Source: Balanoglossus misakiensis (lineage: Eukaryota; Animalia; Hemichordata). Taken from it: DNA of 64,000 bases. The notes below the pieces were generated by a model. The model saw nothing but the letters and a program-made list of their open reading frames with translations, searched no databases and had not been told where the DNA came from. Position 1 is the stretch's first letter. Every line of letters starts with the position of its first letter. The DNA is taken from positions 4,106,213-4,170,212 of the forward strand of contig CM082589.2 in NCBI GenBank assembly GCA_040954595.2, read 5' to 3'. Below are positions 26,479 through 39,871 of this stretch, piece after piece. The position numbers and the translations under genes were made by a program.

Positions 26479-29400
26479 TCTGCTGGCGTTTAGTTTCTTC
26501 ACTGATAGAGACGAGCGGTATAAAATAGATTATGGCGGTGTAAAGACCGGTGATTAACTCGTGGTTTGATCGGACGTTGACACAGAGACCCTCCCTCGGC
26601 GCGATGTCAGCTAGGAACTGATTAGTGATTTGTTTACCATTGTCCTGCTACATTTATACTGTTTATTTGTTGTGCTTGTTACCATGGGAATCATTTGCAT
26701 ATACCCTTGAGCACACTCGGCTCTTGACGTTTTTCCCGTCTGTGCACTGTTGTAATAGTCTGTGTTATACATCGGATGACACGATTTTCAGTCTGTGCTT
26801 ATCGGCATTTCTCGGTAAGGTGGTATTAAATCGGGGAGCCAGGCGCGCGTCGCGAAAATCAGATATACCAATTTTGCATCTTGGTAGTCATTCATTCATT
26901 CATTCCGTCCGCGTTGGTTTTCACGGCTGCATAACAAGCTGCGTGCGCGCAGCGGTGTTGCGCATTTTTATTTTATGTGTGTGTGAGTGCGGGTAGGGTC
27001 GGTGCTACACTCCCCAATAACGGCAAAATAGCTGGCCGAAGGGAAACTTAAACTGTACAAAACATACAATGCCAGACTCTTAGACTGGCCCTCAGTCGAG
27101 TTAAGGCGGACACAATGCCCAGCCCATTGACCTTTGACATCAGGCCATACATTAAACGTCGACATTCACGAGCCAGGCGGTGGCACTGATCATCCATTCA
27201 GTTGCAAAACTCTGCCGAATGAAAAAAAAAGACGGATTACCGATCCCGACGTCGACAAGAGCACTACAAGAACGTTAACAGTCTTAGCAGCTGCAGTTCT
27301 GAAGAGCTTTCAGAACGGAACAACAAGAAATCTCCGGCGAATCTGAAATATCCGCTAGGGGCAAATATCAGCAAGAGAGAAATTTGTGTACAAAAATGAA
27401 GGGATGGGTTGAACATGGAGCAATTAGCTAGATAATTGCCACGAAAATGACTCCCTTCACAATACGCAGGTGGCCAGTGGACGTTCAGCACTGTGAGAGC
27501 AAACATCGATCAGAGAACGGCTGCACCCTCGATTATTTCTTTAGTTCAATCATAGGCCGCGGTACCCCTCCTTCGGACCCTGGGAGAGTCTATAGGTTTT
27601 AATTTATGACAACATATAGTCACGGAGCAAATGGGGGCCACTTTCAACGTACGGTGCTGTACAAAGCTCACTTAGGTCGCGGGGGTCACGAAAAAAAAAT
27701 TGTAGTAATGAATGATCAAGGAACTTCAACTGTCAGGGAAATCCCAAGAATATTACCACATACATTTGGATAACTTGCTTGGCTACTATCACATATAAAT
27801 CAACTACATTGTCCAAAGTCGAGAAAACTTAACCTTATAGCGTCGAAAAAAACCACAATATTCCCTCGAGGCGCAGGCTCCTTCAGAGACTTTCCCGCGG
27901 GATATATGTGCGAGTATTTGACGAGATTAATTCCAGGACACGACAAATAACAACAACGCTCCAAGGTCTGTGCATGTGCAACAACAAACACTTTCTGTTG
28001 AACTTTGACATCAAGTAAGGCTTGCCATGATAAAGGTTTCGTTTACACATTCTAAAACAAACATACAGGTGTAAAATAGGTGTGGAGAAACGCCCACTTT
28101 TAGGGGTGTAAAAACAAGATCCATTATTGAGCTCGGGCTGGGCAAAATAAACCCGGAAAACTGATAAACAGTTATCTGTAGAGCTTCGGCACACGCACGA
28201 TGCAATCAGTCTGTCACAATTGAAAGAGAATTTTGAAAACATGGTGGATCCGATTTGCAAATGCCAAACAAATGTTTGTGTTTCTAGACTATGGACGCTT
28301 CATACAACGACTGTCTATGCCCGTTCGCTCTGAAGTTATCTCCGGGGGACCGCGACTGACGGATTCGCGGCCGCCGGGAGCTGCATGCCGATGACAGACC
28401 TGCGCGAAATACGAGCGCAACTGAACTTTTTCTGTGATATAAGCCTTGTCAAAGTCGAAGTTTAAAATGTAAATTCACAGATGTCTTCTGAATTGCCGTG
28501 AATGCAAATTAAGTTAACACCAGCCACATCATGACGTCATAAACTCATTGACAACAACAAAGGCTAATTATCCATTTGTTCACCATTTCTCACAGCAATC
28601 GATCAACAACGGCACCTATTGTACGATTATTAAGACCGGATTGAAAAGTAACCAAAGCTACTACCGTAAATGTTTGTCCGGTTTATAAAAGTTTAAAGAA
28701 ATTTCGGGCGAGTCCTTCGTGTGGCGGCTCATTCAGGTTGCTTCATATTTGCGTCAACGCCTTTGGCAATAAGGAAACCGAGTGGTCAGTGACCCAATAT
28801 TTATTAAAGTATTTCTCCAATAGAATACTTATTCTTTTCAAAAAGTCATGCGTTTATGGGCCATTAAAATGCAATTAAGTCACCGTTCATGCGGAAGCAA
28901 TCTTTATCGAAATATTTTCCTACTGGAACATAGAATATTTCTTTGCAACATAAAGTCGAGCATTTCTGGGCCGTATTCACGCCTGTTAACTATATCAGAC
29001 TATAGGCCGTAGCATTTGAATAAAATTCTTAATACGCGTGGGCCGAAATCTGTCCATACTATCCCACGAGGGTCTTCGTTCCCTCCACTCCAGATAGGAG
29101 GACGTTTATCTGGAGTAGTATTGCGTATTGCCAAGGCACCCCGTCGACATCAACATGACGACCGGGCGGGTGGACAACAAAATAATCGCCGGACCTTTGA
29201 ATCGATGGCTCGTAACGCCCTATTGTTCTACTTTGATGAATCGCTTTGTTCTGCCGAAAATACTGGTGATCTTTACAGGCGCTCCGGTTACGGCCGTGAG
29301 TCACCCCTCCGTGTCCATGCAGACCGTCAAAACACTGACACACAGAGAAAAAAAGTACACAGAATCCGGTTGGCTACGTCATCCCTTGAAGTGGCTGAAC

Positions 29401-30873
29401 GCCAGAGTACATTAATATTGCGATCTTGCACCAGCCAGTCAAGTTACGGTCAAAGACAAAAATGGCAGTGGTCAAGGTTCAGTGATGCGCAACGGCCGCA
29501 GGTGAAGTCGTTTAGATTACCTGTCATCGTGTCAATATTGTCACGCGAAATATACAAGCTGGCCGCCGGCCGCTAACATTGATATTGACGCGTCTTAGGC
29601 ATTCGTGCGTGCGTACCGTAGCTCTGGCACGAGTGTTAAATGCGTCAACTTTGACACGGTATAGCCATCAAAAAGACCAGTCCGACAAAGACAACTGAAC
29701 TGGCGTTATGTATGGCACCCTTTGTAATACACGTGAGCAATCCCTCTTTTCTTTACAAACAATCAAGGTCGCTCCATAAGAATCGTATTACATAACCGAC
29801 GGGGAAAGAGGACGACCAGCTGTGTCTCTGTGCTAAATTGTAAGATATCCATGCATGTGCCTGCGTTTCCAAAGTAGACAAAAATAGAGAAAACTTATTA
29901 CTTGTTGTGTTGTGCGGGAAATACTTTCTACCTCAATTATTTTGGACAACAATAGAAAACAAAAGACATGTACCAATGTTTCTTTGGTGGCGCTCTATTC
30001 CAGTCAGGTGGCTGTCAGAGCAGTCGGTGGCAATACACTCGATTTATTGTTTGAGGGACCTTCTCAAAGGAGTCCGTGTCACGGACACATTCTATCAAAC
30101 AGTCTGGCCGTTTTAGGCTTATTCCGAAATTTTTTATTGCTTGAGTACCTTTTTGATAAGATTGAATAAATTTAAATTGTCTGGTTACAAATCTCATTGA
30201 ATAAGATTAAAGGGTTCATTTTACAACTACAGTTTGTAAAAGTAATTGAACAGTTCTAAACAGAAAACACGGCAAACTAGTCTAGCTCTACAAGCATAAA
30301 AATACATCGCAATTTAACGACGCTTCAGACAAATGTATTGTAATGTTTTTTTGGGGGGTATCTTTCATAAAAATTGGTTGACTGTTCGTTTGTTGCATGT
30401 TTGATAAATTGTATGCCGAACTAAGGCATTTGTGAAAATATCTACATTTTGTTTGGAGAATCTAAAATTGTACATGTAATTACAAAAATAAACGCAAGGA
30501 ACGAGCAAACAACAAAACAAGAATGTATATACAATATTTACATGTAATTACCACTTTGGATTTGTTTGTATTACGATTGCATTGAAAGCACTTTACATCT
30601 GAACCATGGCTAGCTTCACGCCATGGATGTACAAATAATTATTTTTGGTGACAGAGAATGGTGTTCAATACTGGTACTACAACTAGAGATACAAGCGGTA
30701 TGATTTCAAAGGTCATAGAAACATATACACGTGTGTAAAGTACCACGCTTGCACGATTCCTGCACTGATAATACACAGAGTGTTACAGATGGAATGTGAC
30801 CAAGTCATCATCGATGATGGGTCCACGCAGGCGCAGTCAGGCCATCTCAGGTCTCTGATATCCAGTGTCAACC

Positions 30874-30896
30874 CACACACACACACACACACACAC
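30874..30896. repeat. (CA)n microsatellite
   Basis: Direct observation; lies just 3' of the EF-hand gene stop codon. Confidence 0.9.
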
Positions 30897-30921
30897 GCTC
30901 ACAACTAACTGTAACAGGACA

Positions 30922-31128
30922 TCACATTCTCATGACCCGGGCGAACTCCGCATAGTCTATCTCCCCGTCGCCGTCAGTGTCCGCCTGCTTCAGCATCTGC
31001 TCGATGTCCTCCTCCCGCACTTCGTCGTCGAGTTTGCGGAGCACTTCCCGGAGTTCCTCGGCCGTTATCGTGCCGCTGCCGTCGGTGTCCATTGCCTTGA
31101 ACGCCTCGTAGATGTCCTGTTCCGTCAT
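30922..31128 (-). CDS. Calmodulin-like protein, single lobe with 2 EF-hands (68 aa from ATG 31128)
   Basis: MTEQDIYEAFKAMDTDGSGTITAEELREVLRKLDDEVREEDIEQMLKQADTDGDGEIDYAEFARVMRM* has two canonical loops, DTDGSGTITAEE and DTDGDGEIDYAE, resembling the calmodulin C-lobe. Pyrimidine-rich splice acceptor at 31135-31134, 5 nt before the ATG. Confidence 0.85.
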   Translation of the reverse strand: MTEQDIYEAFKAMDTDGSGTITAEELREVLRKLDDEVREEDIEQMLKQADTDGDGEIDYAEFARVMRM

Positions 31129-34100
31129 TTGATCTGAGGCGGTAGAGAGAGAGCGAGATAGAGACAAAATATTGGTGCTCAGAGAATTGTCCAAACGTCT
31201 GCAGTATAACATATGAGAGTAAAACGACAGGCAGAATCAACAGGTGGTTTCTTCAAAAACTGAACCACTGTGGTTTAACCTCTCATATTAAGTCACAAAA
31301 CACGAATAATCGACGTCGTAGAGATTCAATGTGTGTATTGTATGCCTGAAGCGAAGCAAACGGTCAGTCTGTCAACTGCAGGACACACTGTAACGCGTGC
31401 TCCAGCGCCCAGGCCCGCCGCTAGTCAGCGTTTCATTACTATCGCAACATGACAGATCGTATTGGGCCAGTCAGAGTCAGTCCACAACTTGTGTGTGTGT
31501 GTGTGGGGGGGGGGGTATTGTGGATGAGTGTTATTTGCTTAGCGGCTGCTGATTTACGGGCTGAAAATAAGCCCCTACTCGATAAACATATCGTGAAAGA
31601 AGTTTATGTTACAGTACAGTTACCGCTTTGTTGGTGTCGCCAAAGAGGTCGAGAGGGCGCCCTATCGAATGACACTGAACAGCTACAAACGCTGACTTCG
31701 AACAAAGGCGGCAAGCGTCTTTGTCGCGGCCTTATAGAAGTACAATGGCATTGTTTAGGCAGACAGTAAGTCCTATCTGAACAGAGGAAAATAAGTTTTT
31801 GGGGAGAGCAAATTTTGAGGTCACCAAAGAGTAAAATGCATTTGCCATTTCCCCTTTCCCTTCTATGCGTTAAATTGCTGTGATAAGACGCACCAACTTT
31901 GTATAAAAGCAAAGCGGTATCTTGATAAATATTGCAATGGAAAACAACGGGATTTCCACCACATAAGCATTCGCTGTCACAATAACAAATGCGAGAACCA
32001 GGGAATGAACGTTGCCCCTTTAAAGTACACGTATTTGCCTGGACTGACATATTTGTACAGATCATGTAGGTATATAGTAGTGTGTATAGATCTATATATC
32101 TCACACGTTGCATTTACGTCGAATGTAAGGTTTCCGAACTGTAACGAGGGTGACGCCGGCTGTCACTGGTAATTGCGGGCATCGCGACCACTCGTGGTGT
32201 TTTTTCCAAACACATGTATCATTGTCCGCTAACAGTGGGTATAGGGACCTGGGGACAACGCTTCTTTCTTTACACCGTTTCTCCGCTTTTTAAGCGCATT
32301 TACATTGTAACATTGAAAGGATTTCTATGTTCGCAGGTGGTTGAGCGAAGTCGGTACTATATGACCTCGGGGAGTACTTGTGTTGATGTGCTGTAGTTCA
32401 TTGCGTACGGTGCAATGATATAACGAGAGGAAGAGATAGCTTGTTTCAGTACAGTCACTTCTTTATTGGACACCAACACGTATAGAGTATGAACTTCACT
32501 GACCAAGACTTTTTGTGTTGAACACCCACAAGATGGGAAAAACTCGACCCAGCTTACATAACACATACATGCATAATGGACTATCTTTTACATAAATTAT
32601 AACATCATTGACCGTTACATAACAAAGAAATTGTCCTTTGTGGATAAAGTTCAGTTTACTCCAACAACTTGTATGTACACAGTCGCATGAATCGCGTGAA
32701 GGGAAAAAACGGTGGGTGATGTCAAAAATTGAATATAAATGCTAATTTCTCTTTGGCGCATAAAAAGTGCACCGACAATAGTTTGGCGATGTGTGGCGCC
32801 CCAGCTACCTTGAAGGTGCGATGTGTTGTGGCCGAGTTCGTTTCGGTCGACCTCGTGTTAGGTCGAGTTAACCCGGTATATCTGTTTGGGTGGCGGGGGG
32901 GTCGAGTCGTGTTTTCAATTATAGCGAGAAGTGTGTGGATGTCTCGTGTTTCCAAAGATCACAGACGCAAGAGGAAAGAGAATACATTCTTTCCCCATGT
33001 ACACACACAGCGTTTTGTGACGAAGCTCCTCGATGACGTCAAACGACGAGACTAAACTAACACCGTCGCCGGGTCCAGTGCGCAACCCCCTATTGTCCGG
33101 GTCGTATCTTTTACCGTGCGGTTCAAACGAACGGCAAACATGGGCTTCGCGGTTTGTTGTCTGGAGCTAAAAACAGGTCTGCTTCAGTGGAGTCACTTTT
33201 CAGACTTTAGTGTGAGGTCTTTTGTTCGTTCCAAAGAAATGTAAAGGGCTTGTCTCCCTATATAAATCAGCGATATATTAGCCCAGCAGCGTACGGTGGA
33301 TACAGTACACAGTAGAGTGCGAGTTTCTGTCTCTGAATAAACCTTCAACGTCTGTTGAATCGGGTGTTTTCGAAATCAATTGTGACTAAAGGTACACAAA
33401 GCCACGATTTTCCCAATACTCTGCGTATGACAACAAAAAATACTTATTCGGTAAATCGGTTCAGCGAACTGGGTAACCAGGTACTTCACCAAACAAAATG
33501 TTGTGATTGAGTTGTATGGTGTTACGAAGGCGATGCAAAGAGCCGTGCGTATTTTTCATAAATACGCCGCACCAGAGGCAGGGGGACGGCTTCGACATAA
33601 TAACAATGGACATTCAGCTGGAAACAATGCATGCGCCGTCTTATTTGTCACCGGGCTGACCTGAAAACCTTGTGTCATATCTTGATACAATAGGCACCGA
33701 ATGAGTGGTTTAGTAACGACAACACTACGGGCACGGCAGTGCAAGCGTTTACCAATTGGTACCGACTGAATTCAACAGGGGATCGGGACCCCTGAACAAA
33801 TCGGAGATAGGGGCCAAGTGGTCTGCAGATGCACGGGCGCAAGTGTGCATTTGTGTACGTGCTGATGACAGACTTGAGAACTGTCCGGCAGAACCAGCGC
33901 TTGGGTCCTGAAGACACGCGACCGCACTTGAGATTCCAAGTGCGTGTATTTACTGGGGCCAGCTAGCCACGGCCAAACAATCACGCCATATCTCACCCAC
34001 CGTGAAACGACAAGTGATTGCGGTCGTCTGCTTCATCACGTATATGCCGTTCGCACTGTCATTAAATCTTTACGCTTGGGCGGTCGGCAAAGTTTCCCAT

Positions 34101-34945
34101 ACCTGTACGAATGATCCATGGCGCTCAACGACGTTGTTATGCGTAAAACTGTGGTCGCGGATATACACATCTCACTGAAGCGCGTTTACAAACCTGTCGA
34201 TTTTGTTTTAAATCCCACTACGAAGATTATTCCGTACAACATTGTAAATCTTACCATCAGCTTCATTGCTCGGTGTACACCCCATCACGAACCGTGCATA
34301 TCCTTCAGCTACAGACACTGTTTATTTTGTCGTCAACATGTATCCTTCGCACTTGACAGGCTATGCGTCCACACACTCGCAACGTATCCCTCTGTGTCCC
34401 CGCGTATATACACTGGCGGGCTTTGAGGTGAGCCCCGCATTGTATTCGCGATGACGTCGAAGGCGGCGATGAATGATGTCTTGTCGTTTTGTCCCGTGCC
34501 ATCCCATGGCCAATAAGCTCCTTTAAGAGCATCAAGACCGTACCCCGCTTAATAAAAACATCGCTAGGGAAAGGACAAAGATTGATCGCGTTCTTTTCAC
34601 AGCGTTGCTTTGGCAACTTTTCAGTCTCTCCCGTCCATTTTACGACCAGTGTCGCGAAACGGTTCGCCCGGGCTTTAATGGTGGGGGTTTTGTGGTTATT
34701 GTGAAACTGGCTTCGCTGAATACAAATAAATACTAGTAAATAAATCAAATGTACACATATATACAGTGGTCAGATTATATGCGCGGGTATACAAACGTAC
34801 GTCCTCCCTCTTCTGCTTTCGTAGTTTGTAGGCGGTTCAGTGTAACTTGCCCTCCAAGTCAGAAAAGTACCAATGCTTTCGTTTTCATATACAGTAACCG
34901 AACTTATTGGAGGCGTGAAACAACAAACAAGCACACTAAAGCAAC

Positions 34946-36570
34946 ATGGCGGACGACGAGGATGTTGAGTAAGTCGTTGCGTTGTTAATAGCTGTCTTGC
35001 TGCCTTTCTCTTCACGATAGGAAGATTTTGCTTGGGTTTTATGGTCGCTTACTGGCACAGTAGCCCCTCATCAAATTCTTATGGGCTGAGTGTTTAGATC
35101 GCAGGATTGCGGTAGTGTTTTGAACTCATGCTTTGTGTTGTTGCGTAGCGTGACCATGTGGATTATTGTTGAGAGCGTTCTGTTATGGCTCTGCTGTCTC
35201 GTCTCCCGACTCCAAGCAAACGCCTGGGCTATAGGTTCCTAACGATCTGCGAAATCATAGCGACAACGCCAGTCGCCTGCTTACCAGCGAAATAGTACCC
35301 TGATAAACGCTTCCGCAGATGAAAAACTGCCCCGTACAAAGTGACGCGTATCTGGCAGCTTGCTTCAGTTACTGCTGTCAGCTGTCGTGGGATGACTGGC
35401 GTTTTGACTAGTACGTGGCTGTCATTCACACCACTCTATGTACATGTCCGTGTTTATAGTCACATGATGGAATGGGATTTAAAGTAACTATTCCTATCAT
35501 TATTGCAGTTTCGATGATGATTTGGATGAACCAATAGATGATGAAGATCATGGACTGGATGATCTGGAGAATGCAGAGGTAAATTGATCTGTAATTACTC
35601 CAATCTTGTCAGAAAATTGTATGGATTTCCTTTCTAAGATTGTATCATTATACTATGTAACAGTGATATATGGTGAAAAGGTCATGTCTATTTCTCCCAG
35701 TGTCCATAAGTAAATAATGATCTGTCTGGAGCTGTTGTGTTAGAATGCGTACATATCATGTGTGTTTATATTGACAGGATGAGGGAGAAAACATAGACAT
35801 CTTACCTCAGGGTGACGCTCCGCAAGAGACAATGAGAAAAATCACCACGCCATACATGACCAAGTACGAACGGGCAAGAGTGCTAGGAACCAGAGCATTA
35901 CAGATTGCGTAAGTTGACAATTATAAAACAATGGAATTTTTAATGAGTGTGTCAGTGATTACTCAGAATTTGGGGTCACGGTGACCCCGAAATTGGTGAA
36001 TGTATTTTTGTCCAGTGCAATGTTTTCATAAATACAGACTAAGTGCTTGTCTTTTGACATATGTGGTAGGCTTGTTTGAGTGGATGAAGTAAAACAATAA
36101 CAAGAAATCGTCAATATTTTTATACATCTTTCTCTTGCAGTATGGGAGCTCCTGTCATGGTGGAATTGGAAGGTGAAACAGATCCACTGGAAATTGCAAG
36201 AAAAGAACTGAAGTATGTGTACATTTGATACTATTGACATGGACCTGATTAAATTTAGACTGCACACTGTATACATGTATCTGCATATTTATCTGTGTTT
36301 AAAATCATGTCTGAATCTGAATCAAAGACTTGGACCTGAGACCGTTGTGTTCAGTTTATTGGCCAGGCATATGGTAAAACATCACTAGCAATTCCTCAAA
36401 TAATATAGTATGAGGTTGAGCTGTCAGTCATTGCTATTATTATATGGATTTTCATTTATGTCCTTACCTTTTCCAGGTCACGGAAAATTCCAATCATCAT
36501 TCGGAGATACATGCCGGATGGAAGCCATGAGGACTGGGGCATTGATGAACTCATTATTGATGTGTACTAG
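34946..36570 (+). CDS. POLR2F: DNA-directed RNA polymerases I, II and III subunit RPABC2 (RPB6)
   Basis: Exons 34946-34968, 35509-35578, 35778-35908, 36141-36212, 36477-36570. Spliced translation has an acidic N-terminus and [72 protein letters not shown], the hallmark RPB6 core. AATAAA near 36682. Confidence 0.97.
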
Positions 36571-36911
36571 ATCTTGACAGCTGCCACGCCCATAACCTGG
36601 AACTATATCTGAGAACCCGGATCTGTTTGTTGTGTACTTCTGTGATATTTTTAACAATGGATTTTTTTCCTCGCTTTTTTAAATAAATGTTATGAAACTG
36701 CCATTTATGAGCACTTTGTTTCAGTGAAATTGTTCCAACACTATCCGTCAAGACCATGTCTCGGGTATTCTTTATGTGGTTTTGCTTTTATGTGCTGTTG
36801 AAGTTTCTAGGGCATTTCCATAAAAAAAATAAAGTATAGTAAACCTCACAAAGAATTGTGGGTAATACAGGTGAAAACAGAGACAATGCGCATCGCGTCG
36901 GACTACGTCTG

Positions 36912-38925
36912 ATGACGCTTGAAAGTTCGAAAATAGAACGAAGCCTTTGTTCTTTGAATGGACGCACGCAAGCGCAGCCGCTTACGCGCGGACGCCAAAT
37001 ACGAGAGATCCGCTCTCTTCGTCGATCGCGCCCATTCTCCCAAAACATGCCCTCTGTAGGGATGTCTGTCTTTAACCGAGACCCTAATACGGCTCGTTTG
37101 CCGCGACGACACCAACGAAACCCGAAGAACTCCGTCAACGCCCGCCATGACAAAGACAAAGAAGAGAAAAACCAGCACTCACAGTCCGACGTCGTGATTT
37201 CATCCACTGCCGAGAAGTATGCTCGTACTATCAAAAGTGGGTACATATCGAATATAAAATGTTTTTTTTTATGCTAAGAGTTGGGTGGATGTTTTGGATG
37301 GATCATCATCATTAATATAAGCAAAAGCTCAAATTCGTCAGTTTAAGTAAGAATTGTTAACACTGCCCAGTTTGTGATGTCCCCAGGTGATGTCTTGCCC
37401 TCACTGCCTGTATGCACTGCATATGATGAGGAACTTCCCGATTTCTCTTCGTCGACCGGTCCTCATAAGTGTCAATCGGGCATCTACTGCCAATCACCTG
37501 AATGTGTAATAATCAGTGAGGATATAACCAGGATCCTGGAGAAATCATCGTTGAAGAGCATTGAAACAATAGATTTTGATGATAACGGTACGTGTACTTA
37601 TGTGCAAATGTATGTCCTTCTCAACCCAAATTAGTTGGAGCTAATTCTTGTCTCTTTGTAACAAATACTGACGATGTGCAATAGTCAGCCAGCAATTGAT
37701 TCGCTTTTGATTTTGACCGCAGCAAATGACGCTTATCTCGAGGAATTGGAATCTGGTGGTCCACAAATGGAACCTATCGAGACGCCAGATGCAGATGAAG
37801 ATGAACACATTATTGGTATGTAGCTGTGTCCCCCAAAAGAAAGAAAGATTTATTTCTTACAACACTACCTGGTAAAATTAGCTTTATTCCGCAACTTACT
37901 TCTGAATTCACAGATTCACGTCCGGACCCGGCGAACCCAGAAGTTAAACAAAACGAAGAAGTATCTGCCGGCTCGTCACCACACATTCTTGGCTCCTGCA
38001 CCGGCAGACAGCGTAACTGCATGCCCAGACTCCCAGCTGCAATGCGTCTTGTCACCGACATCAACAACCAGTGCGCCACCCACGGTCGAGATTTACAAAC
38101 TGCGAGTAGCCACCCGCACCACCTTCAAGCGTGCGTCACTGTCGACCAAAGCCGCCACCAAAGTCCACCATGTTTGTCAGATTTACATGTTCGTCAGCAA
38201 CGAAGAAACCACATGAGTAAGTTTTTTAGGGGTGGGTGGGTTATGCCAATATCCTTTTTGCGACGTTACTACTGGGCAGCTCATAGCTACTAGTGCTATA
38301 ATGGTTTATTCCAAAATGCGGCAAGGGGTGGGGGAGCTTTGAATTCCAAAAATGACCACACGCTCACGCTCGTTCACAATTTTCTACTGAAAGGTGATGT
38401 GTGTCTTGTTTGTTTTCTTAGTGGCAAACTTTATTCGAGAATTGATGAATGTCAAATCACGCCCCGTTTACGTTGATTTCAGGTGACTGGTGGAACGTCG
38501 ATTTGATGCGATCGCGTGTATCGGAAAAATACAATTCTCCAGCGGCCCCTCGAACACGGCAGGCGTCGGCCCTGTATGAGAAACGACGCCTCCCGCAGCC
38601 CCACCCACCTATGAGTACACAGCCAGTCAGGGAGGCACATCGAACACAGGGATGGACGACGCTTCAGCCTCACCAACGCCAACCCCGCGAGCAGAGGCCC
38701 GGGGCAAGAAACAAGACAGACCGCGACAGCGGTTGCACAGGCGCGGCCGATTCGGCCGAGCCAGTCGCCGTGCCGAAAAAGAAGAAGGGGAAACGAAAGT
38801 CGAAGAAGAAACGTCCGAAGGCGGCCCACCACTCGCGTCGTAGTTCAATTCCAAGTCTGCCGCCGATAGCCGACACACAACACAAACCTGTCGGTGAAAA
38901 GCGCGGAATTAATAATAATATTTGA
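36912..38925 (+). CDS. Uncharacterised disordered protein, ~454 aa (start codon uncertain)
   Basis: Exons 36912-37236, 37387-37587, 37723-37815, 37914-38216, 38483-38925. All introns are phase-1 GT-AG and the spliced frame is open throughout. Basic C-terminus PKKKKGKRKSKKKRPK...RRSSIPSLPPI. Confidence 0.7.
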
Positions 38926-39232
38926 TTTTTTTAAATGTGAAACTGTGATGATATCGGAGTGCTTTAGTAATGTTGACATTTCACTAGAGAAATTTGCATA
39001 TACCCGCTGATGCAAGAATGGCAAAAACAGATGCTGAAAAATAGTCAAAGATTTATATAGTGGACCTGTAAGCTTACTTTGAATATAAGTGGAGTATTCT
39101 ACATGTATTCTAATCCCTTCAGGTGTCAGTATTTTTTAATATCCACTTTTCTTCTTTGCAACGGACCGTGTGACAAATTACATGTACCCATTCTCAGTGA
39201 TTTTGACAACACGCATTGCTGTCATCTTTTCC

Positions 39233-39871
39233 GAAAGAGTGCCACCACCGTCAGATACCTTGCATGCGCATCGAAAGACTGCGATCTTTCACTTCCGGGA
39301 AAGTCGACTATGGCTCCTCCAGTGCATGTACGTGCACCTTAAAGGCCATTCACGTACTTGAACAAGGCCGTGGTACCCCTTCTGACCGTGGTGCGGTAGG
39401 TCAAGGTTTGAATCCAGTAAATTACGATCGAGTCGAGCTCAGCTGGCGATGCCGAAGACGTCAAATGCCGAAGACGTCAACGAACGCCAAGATGGGGGCT
39501 GTCGGGGTTGGCTGGTGGTAGTCGGCGCTTTCATCTGCAGTACGCTGGTGTCCGGTCTATACCCATCTATAGGACCGCTTCTCGTTGCAATTCAGCAGTA
39601 CTTCGAGGCAAATTCAGTTAGTACGTCTTCGATACTGTCGTTAATTCTGGTCCTTCAGTTTGGTTTAGGTAAGTTGGAAGGTGGTCTGTACGCCAAGCAT
39701 AATAGGTATCACATTTTTGGTGTACGGGCCAAATCAGTGTCACGTAGAACTATAGCTGGGTGTACTTTATTTTGATATTTATTGTTCCAGTAGCTAACGT
39801 GTGTGTCAAAAAGTTCGGATGTCGAACGACAGTCATGTTTGGGACAGTGGTATCTTCAATTGGATTCTTTG
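39233..39871 (+). pseudogene. Recent partial duplicate of the MCT-A 5' region and exon 1, fused to a fragment of MCT-B exon 2 (pseudo-exon or alternative first exon)
   Basis: 39233-39785 is a close copy of 39871-40403, near-identical over exon 1 and more diverged in the upstream part. Exon-1 copy 39449-39668 has an intact ATG and G|GTAAGT donor. 39786-39871 matches 43328-43413 with about 2 mismatches. Confidence 0.75.

Noticed and set aside
29016-29576. 186-aa plus-strand ORF
   Set aside because: Non-ATG start, no motif; the region is more likely promoter or 5' UTR of the minus-strand acidic gene.
33240-33380. TATA followed by AATAAA, suggesting a solo LTR
   Set aside because: No clear TG...CA ends, target-site duplication or second copy; equally explained as a promoter.
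33772-34748. Possible small minus-strand gene divergent from POLR2F (MDHSYR exon plus ORFs)
   Set aside because: Translations are not protein-like and no consistent multi-exon model could be built.
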